From positions 1-64,000 of the forward strand of contig JBBCAX010000033.1 in the NCBI GenBank assembly GCA_051382335.1: a stretch of 64,000 nt of DNA, given 5' to 3'. Under the pieces are notes generated by a model that ran no database searches, had not been told where the DNA came from, and saw nothing but the letters and a program-made list of their open reading frames with translations. This DNA comes from Deltaproteobacteria bacterium TL4 (GTDB taxonomy: Bacteria; SAR324; NAC60-12). Each line of letters begins with the position of its first letter. Within the stretch, counting starts at the first letter, position 1. Shown here piece after piece: positions 59,493 through 64,000 of the stretch. Position numbers and translations under genes: made by a program.

Positions 59493-59681
59493 TTTCAGAA
59501 AAGTATTTTGGGCTGGGAGCGCAGGCGTCCCGCCTGCTTTTGCGGGCAGGATGCCCGTATTCCCAGGAAAAACTTATCTGAAAGTCTATAGTTGTCCAGA
59601 TAAATTTCTGTTGGGAACGCAGGCGTCCCGCCTGCTTTTGCGGGCAAGATGCCTGCGTTCCCAGGACAAAACTTTTCTGGA
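59493..59681. repeat. Two tandem ~90-bp imperfect palindromic REP-like units
   Basis: Cores tggga(g/a)cgcaggcgtcccgcctgcttttgcgggca(g/a)gatgcc..ttcccagg at 59513 and 59611 (98-bp period), each flanked by (t/c)cagaWaa...acttWtctg inverted arms; GC-rich inside an AT-rich intergenic region. Confidence 0.85.
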
Positions 59682-59719
59682 GAAGTAGACACACGATCCC
59701 TAGCAACGAGATTCATGGA

Positions 59720-60668
59720 ATGTGTACAATTCGTCTGGGTTTATTAGGGCTGATTTTTGTAATCAGTCTTGTTGCCACCATTTTCGCTCAAGAGGAACCG
59801 GTAAGCGAAGGTAAAGGGGAAGGTCAAATTTGTGCCCTTTTCAAGCCAGGTGTCGAATGTCCAGGTGAAGCGGGTCTTTCACAGGCAGAAGCCGTTGCTT
59901 TGGCATCCCTCATGCGAAACGCTGAATTTGGGGTAGGTGAAGTCCTGGGCGCTTCGGATGAAGAGGGGGGGGGGAAGTGGGGACGATAAAGGCAAAAAAG
60001 GAGGAGCGGGAACCACTACCGGCAGTGTTGGAACCAACTTTGGTTATTCAGAAAGCGTCCAACTCTTTATGTTTCCGTTCTCCTATTCGCTAACGCAGAC
60101 AATCCAAATTTCCGCTAATTTTCCATTCATTCGCGTGGAAAACGTCGAAGGAATGGGGAATCCTTCTGTATCTATGAAAGTATTTTATTCCTTCTTTGGT
60201 TTTTCAGCGTTGACTTCCGTGACTTCCAAACTTCCCGTTGGTGATGAAGAACTCGGCGCGCGTCAAGACACCAATGATTATGTCTTTAGTCAAACGCTCC
60301 TTAGGGACATGGGCTTTTCCCGAATTTTTGGTAATTATACTTATATGTACATTCCTCAAGGCGAAAGCGACATTGATGTTGGCGATGTTTCTATGGGGAT
60401 GTTGGGGCTGGATATGCCCTTGCCCTTGGGAGACAAGATTAATGTTTATGGTGCTCTTTTTTCAAGCCAGAACTTTGCTGATAAAAACGGGGATGGAAAT
60501 CGGATTTGGGATACCCAGCAGATTACGATGGATACCACGTTCGGTTTGGTATTTCGCGACATTAACTTAAGGACAGGGATTACAGTTCCTGTTTATACCT
60601 ATTCCAAGCAAATAGAACACTCGGATCGTAGTCCTCTTTTTGACGTTGGATTTCGCTTTTCATTGTAA
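59720..60668 (+). pseudogene. Exported outer-membrane beta-barrel-like protein split by a frameshift in a G10 tract (phase-variable or sequencing error)
   Basis: ORF 59720-59989 carries the signal peptide; ORF 59937-60668 (+1 frame) carries beta strands ending VGFRFSL; G10 at 59965-59974; G9 or G12 would fuse them into about 315 aa. Confidence 0.75.
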
Positions 60669-60737
60669 GGGTCGTTTGCTAGCGTTAGTTTAATTTTAGT
60701 CAAAAACATAAAAAACATAGTCCATATTGAGGTTTCT

Positions 60738-63700
60738 ATGAAGATAAAAGCGTACACGATTTTGCAATTCTTGTTCTTGTTATTCCTGAGTGCACTCTTC
60801 GTTTCAAGTTGTGGAGAAGACAAAAAAGAGAGGCCCAATGATGGGGCTGTCGACAGCCGTATTACTTTTGAACTCCGTTGGCCTGATACTTCCAGTAGTT
60901 CAGCAACTGCGTCGCAATACCGGATTTTTCCCATTCCTTCTAACGTGGATACCGTTCGGATGGTGGTATTAAACGCGGCAGGAGAGATAGCCCGGAGCGG
61001 TGCTGGAGATCTTTTGGAAAAAGATTTTGATTCAAATACAGGTGTAGGTTTTGTGGAGGGCGTTCCCGCTGGTGAGGGCTACACAGTACGTTTTGTCGCC
61101 TTTGACTCTCAATCTTTTCCAAGATATCGTGCCGCTCGCGAAGAGGTGACGGTTGTCGCAAACACCACCACCAAGCTGGGAACGATTGATATGGATGTGG
61201 CCCACGTGAACTCTTCCGCGGTAGTTACTAAAACTGTACAACCCGGAGAGCAATGTCCCTTTGGTGGAGTGCAAATTGAGATGGGGATTGATAGGGATGG
61301 CAGTGGTACTCTGGATGAAAAGGAAGTTACCAAATTCGAGGTGGTCTGTAATGGAATCAGAGGGCCAGTCGGAGCCAGTGGCGCAATTGGAGTCTCTACC
61401 CTGCTCAATATTGAAGAGATCCTCACAGACGATACTGAATGCGGAATACTGCACGGTAAAAAAATTGAGTATGGAAAAGACGATAATAACAATGGTATTC
61501 TGGAACCCGTGGAAGTGGATACCACTTCCTACATTTGTAACGCAACGGCTCCCGGGCTGAGCATCAATAGAAGAAGTTTGTTTACCAACGAACTGGGAGC
61601 TTCAGACGGTTTTACGCTTCGCCTCAATTCAAAACCCACCAATGATGTGATCGTCAAGATCGAAAATTCCAATAGTAGCGAGGTAAAAGTATTTCCGGAT
61701 CAAGTGGTTGTGACTCCAGATAACTGGCAGGACAGTCAACCGGTAACGGTTACTGGCGTCAGAAATACAACAACCACCCAGGACCAAATCGTGCAATTGA
61801 CTCTGAGCTTTGAGAGTGAAGATGTGGTTTACAAGAAACTTGACCCGCTCAACGTCTCAGTCACTAATGTTCATATTGAACCTCCCGCAAAAGAATTTTC
61901 TTCCCACAATGAGCTGGTTTCAACGCTGGCCGGTTCTTTCACGGAGGATGACATTAAATTATTTGATGGAATCGTCAGGGGAGTGAATAACGGATACTAC
62001 GACAACACCCTATATTTGTTTGCCACTGATTCCAACAATCACATTGTTTACAGAATTAACATCAATACCCATGTTATTGAAGTTTATGTGGGTAAAAAAG
62101 GATTTTCAGGAAATGGGGTTGGGAGCGCTACCAATTCCCGGTTTAAAAACCCAAGAGGAATCACCATCGATAGCAGTACCGGGTTTTTATATGTGGTGGA
62201 CTCCGGAAACGGAAGGATTATCAGGATTGATACCGATACTCCCACCGCCGGTACGACTGCCCTTGTAAATATGTCTGGTTCTCTGAATGAGCCTTGGGGC
62301 ATCACGCTTAGGCAAGGCACCCTTAATATTACTGAAATTGGTGCTCATCGTGTGAGGACACTTTCCACAGCCGGAGGATCTCTTGGAGTCCTTGCAGGGG
62401 ATGCTGTTGGTTATGCCGATGGTTCTGGAGGATCAGCCCGTTTTAACAAACCCAAGGGAATCCACTTTGATGGAACTAACTTTTTTGTGGCGGACTCTGG
62501 AAATCATGCTATCCGACAAATTACTCTAGCTGGCGTTGTCACTACCGTTGCCGGAATAGGAACGACTGCGGGTGCCAAAGATGGTGACCGTGCTACAGCT
62601 CTGTTTGACACCCCTGTCGGAATCACTGGTGATAGTACCTACCTTTATGTTTCCGCACAAGGGCAATATCCGCTGCGTAAAATCGAGAAAGGCAAAGGCG
62701 CAACTTCCACGTTAGTCCAATTTCAAGGCAGTTTAGATGGCGGCTCAAGTATCGCGAGGTTTAATGATCCATCGGCAATTTTGTGTGACGATAATACTCT
62801 GTATATCAGTACCTCCAATAGATTTCGCAAGCTGGATCTCATTCAGGGAACAATCATCACCATGATTGGAAGATCCTCCACCAATGGTTCCGGTACCTCA
62901 GCCCGTTTTGACCGGCCTGTTAACCTTGTCGCTGGTCCCAATGGCAAGATTATATACATTACGGACTATTACAATCACACGATCCGAACCATGAACCTCA
63001 CCTCAAATGCGGTAGGTACCTTGGCTGGGGTTGCCGGAAAGGCAAGTACTACAGAGGCGGCTGTGGCACCTGGAAATCTCTTTTTTCCATGGGGCCTTAC
63101 GTCAGATGGTACGTATCTTTATGTGACTGAACCCAAAAGTCATACGATTCGCAGAGTCAGCATTGATACCGGTGTCACAAAAACCATTGGTGGTACCGCT
63201 TTTACCCACGGATCCTCTGAGGGAATTGGGACCACAGCCTTATTTAATACACCTTATGGCATTGCCACCGATCTGAAAAACCTGTATGTTGCCGATTCGG
63301 AAAACCACGTGATCCGGAAAATGGATCTCCAAACGTTTCGTGTGAGTATCTTTGCTGGGGATCTCGGCACACCAGGATCATCTGGTGGCGTTTCGTCCGC
63401 CCAATTCAATCAACCTAAGGCTCTCACTAGCGATGGCGTCAACCTCTATGTCATCGATCAAAATGGAATCCGAATAGTGGAAATGTCATCAGGCAAAGTG
63501 AGTACAATTTCTGGAACTTCTGGTTTGAAGAACAGTCTTGGTCTTTCCTCAGACGGAATCAATCTTTATGTGAGTGATACTGATCATCATCAAGTTCAAA
63601 AAGTGGTGATTAAAACAGGGGCTATTGCTATTTTGGCAGGCAATAATAGTGAGGCCCTGAATACGGACACGGTTTGGGATTTAACCTATACTCCTATGAT

Positions 63701-63833
63701 TACAACGCCCGCACGGTTTCATACACCAGCGGGGATTCTCTTTGGTGATCTTTTCGGAACAGATAAAGAAGAAATTTTTCTGGTTGATGCCGTTGCGGGA
63801 ACACTTCGGAAAATGGCTCAGCAAAACAACTAA
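60738..63833 (+). CDS. Large lipoprotein with Cys-bracketed DxDxxG repeats, short GXY stretch, Ig/Calx-like domain and NHL-repeat beta-propellers
   Basis: Lipobox FVSS-C; CPFGG..GIDRDGSGTLD..EV..C and CG..GKDDNNNGILE..EV..C; many ARFxxPxGI..DG..LYVAD..NH.IR NHL repeats. Confidence 0.85.
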   Translation: MKIKAYTILQFLFLLFLSALFVSSCGEDKKERPNDGAVDSRITFELRWPDTSSSSATASQYRIFPIPSNVDTVRMVVLNAAGEIARSGAGDLLEKDFDSNTGVGFVEGVPAGEGYTVRFVAFDSQSFPRYRAAREEVTVVANTTTKLGTIDMDVAHVNSSAVVTKTVQPGEQCPFGGVQIEMGIDRDGSGTLDEKEVTKFEVVCNGIRGPVGASGAIGVSTLLNIEEILTDDTECGILHGKKIEYGKDDNNNGILEPVEVDTTSYICNATAPGLSINRRSLFTNELGASDGFTLRLNSKPTNDVIVKIENSNSSEVKVFPDQVVVTPDNWQDSQPVTVTGVRNTTTTQDQIVQLTLSFESEDVVYKKLDPLNVSVTNVHIEPPAKEFSSHNELVSTLAGSFTEDDIKLFDGIVRGVNNGYYDNTLYLFATDSNNHIVYRININTHVIEVYVGKKGFSGNGVGSATNSRFKNPRGITIDSSTGFLYVVDSGNGRIIRIDTDTPTAGTTALVNMSGSLNEPWGITLRQGTLNITEIGAHRVRTLSTAGGSLGVLAGDAVGYADGSGGSARFNKPKGIHFDGTNFFVADSGNHAIRQITLAGVVTTVAGIGTTAGAKDGDRATALFDTPVGITGDSTYLYVSAQGQYPLRKIEKGKGATSTLVQFQGSLDGGSSIARFNDPSAILCDDNTLYISTSNRFRKLDLIQGTIITMIGRSSTNGSGTSARFDRPVNLVAGPNGKIIYITDYYNHTIRTMNLTSNAVGTLAGVAGKASTTEAAVAPGNLFFPWGLTSDGTYLYVTEPKSHTIRRVSIDTGVTKTIGGTAFTHGSSEGIGTTALFNTPYGIATDLKNLYVADSENHVIRKMDLQTFRVSIFAGDLGTPGSSGGVSSAQFNQPKALTSDGVNLYVIDQNGIRIVEMSSGKVSTISGTSGLKNSLGLSSDGINLYVSDTDHHQVQKVVIKTGAIAILAGNNSEALNTDTVWDLTYTPMITTPARFHTPAGILFGDLFGTDKEEIFLVDAVAGTLRKMAQQNN

Positions 63834-63834
63834 G

Positions 63835-63852
63835 AGACGTTTTAAAACGTCT
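63835..63852. terminator. Perfect 18-bp palindrome immediately after the NHL-lipoprotein stop
   Basis: agacgttttaaaacgtct, with T-rich sequence shortly downstream. Confidence 0.45.
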
Positions 63853-64000
63853 AGGCCAAAACGTTTAGCTTTTGTTTTTTATTCCAATTGAGTATTCCTC
63901 TCCATTCACTTCTCGAAAGTGTGAAAAATAGGGCATGCTGATAGGCTTTAGGCGATGATCGGCATGTCTGGCTTTTAGTCTTGATACATCCTTCTTTCTT

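Noticed and set aside
59493..59681. Possible CRISPR mini-array
   Set aside because: Only two long (~55-90 bp) palindromic units, the intervening DNA is itself part of the repeat, and no cas genes are present; REP-like fits better
59473..59716. Minus-strand ORFs 59473-59706 and 59495-59716
   Set aside because: They are translations of the REP palindromes (AGRLRSQ, AGGTPA patterns), typical spurious ORFs
54646..63833. Multiheme cytochrome conduit (collagen lipoprotein plus barrel, as in OmcB/MtrC-type loci)
   Set aside because: No CxxCH motifs seen in either lipoprotein
63866..64000. 3' end of a minus-strand gene entering from the right edge
   Set aside because: At least two frames are open over this short stretch, so neither frame nor product can be assigned from this window
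1..64000. tRNA, rRNA, integrase or transposase genes
   Set aside because: None recognised by eye; tRNAscan-SE and Infernal would be needed to exclude small RNAs formally

Overview
A 64-kb bacterial chromosomal segment, probably from an AT-rich diderm such as a deltaproteobacterial or SAR324-like organism (taxonomy is inference only). About 50 kb (0.4-50.7 kb) is one very large cell-surface polysaccharide locus. Export and assembly genes: three giant paralogous SLBB-repeat export proteins (KpsD/OtnA-type), two Wzi paralogs, a kinase-less Wzz/GumC co-polymerase, a Wzx flippase with a Wzy-like protein, and a Wzm/Wzt ABC exporter. Sugar-synthesis and modifying genes: a bacillosamine-type initiation module, a WbpB/WbpD/WbpI di-N-acetyl-uronate module with Bordetella WbmF/WbmH-like SDRs, two AsnB-type amidotransferases, two methyltransferases, an enlarged GlmM-like mutase and kdsB. 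The locus is interrupted by a 144-bp MITE (17-bp TIRs, 8-bp TSD) and an oppositely oriented Fic gene. It is followed by a small regulatory island: ComFB, DksA, a sigma-54 activator with a degenerate receiver domain, and two sigma-54 promoters with matching upstream-box and IHF-site geometry. The last segment holds two large divergent collagen-containing surface lipoproteins, tandem REP-like palindromes and an outer-membrane protein gene frameshifted at a G10 tract. No rRNA, tRNA or CRISPR array was recognised. All family assignments come from motif recognition by eye, not from database searches.
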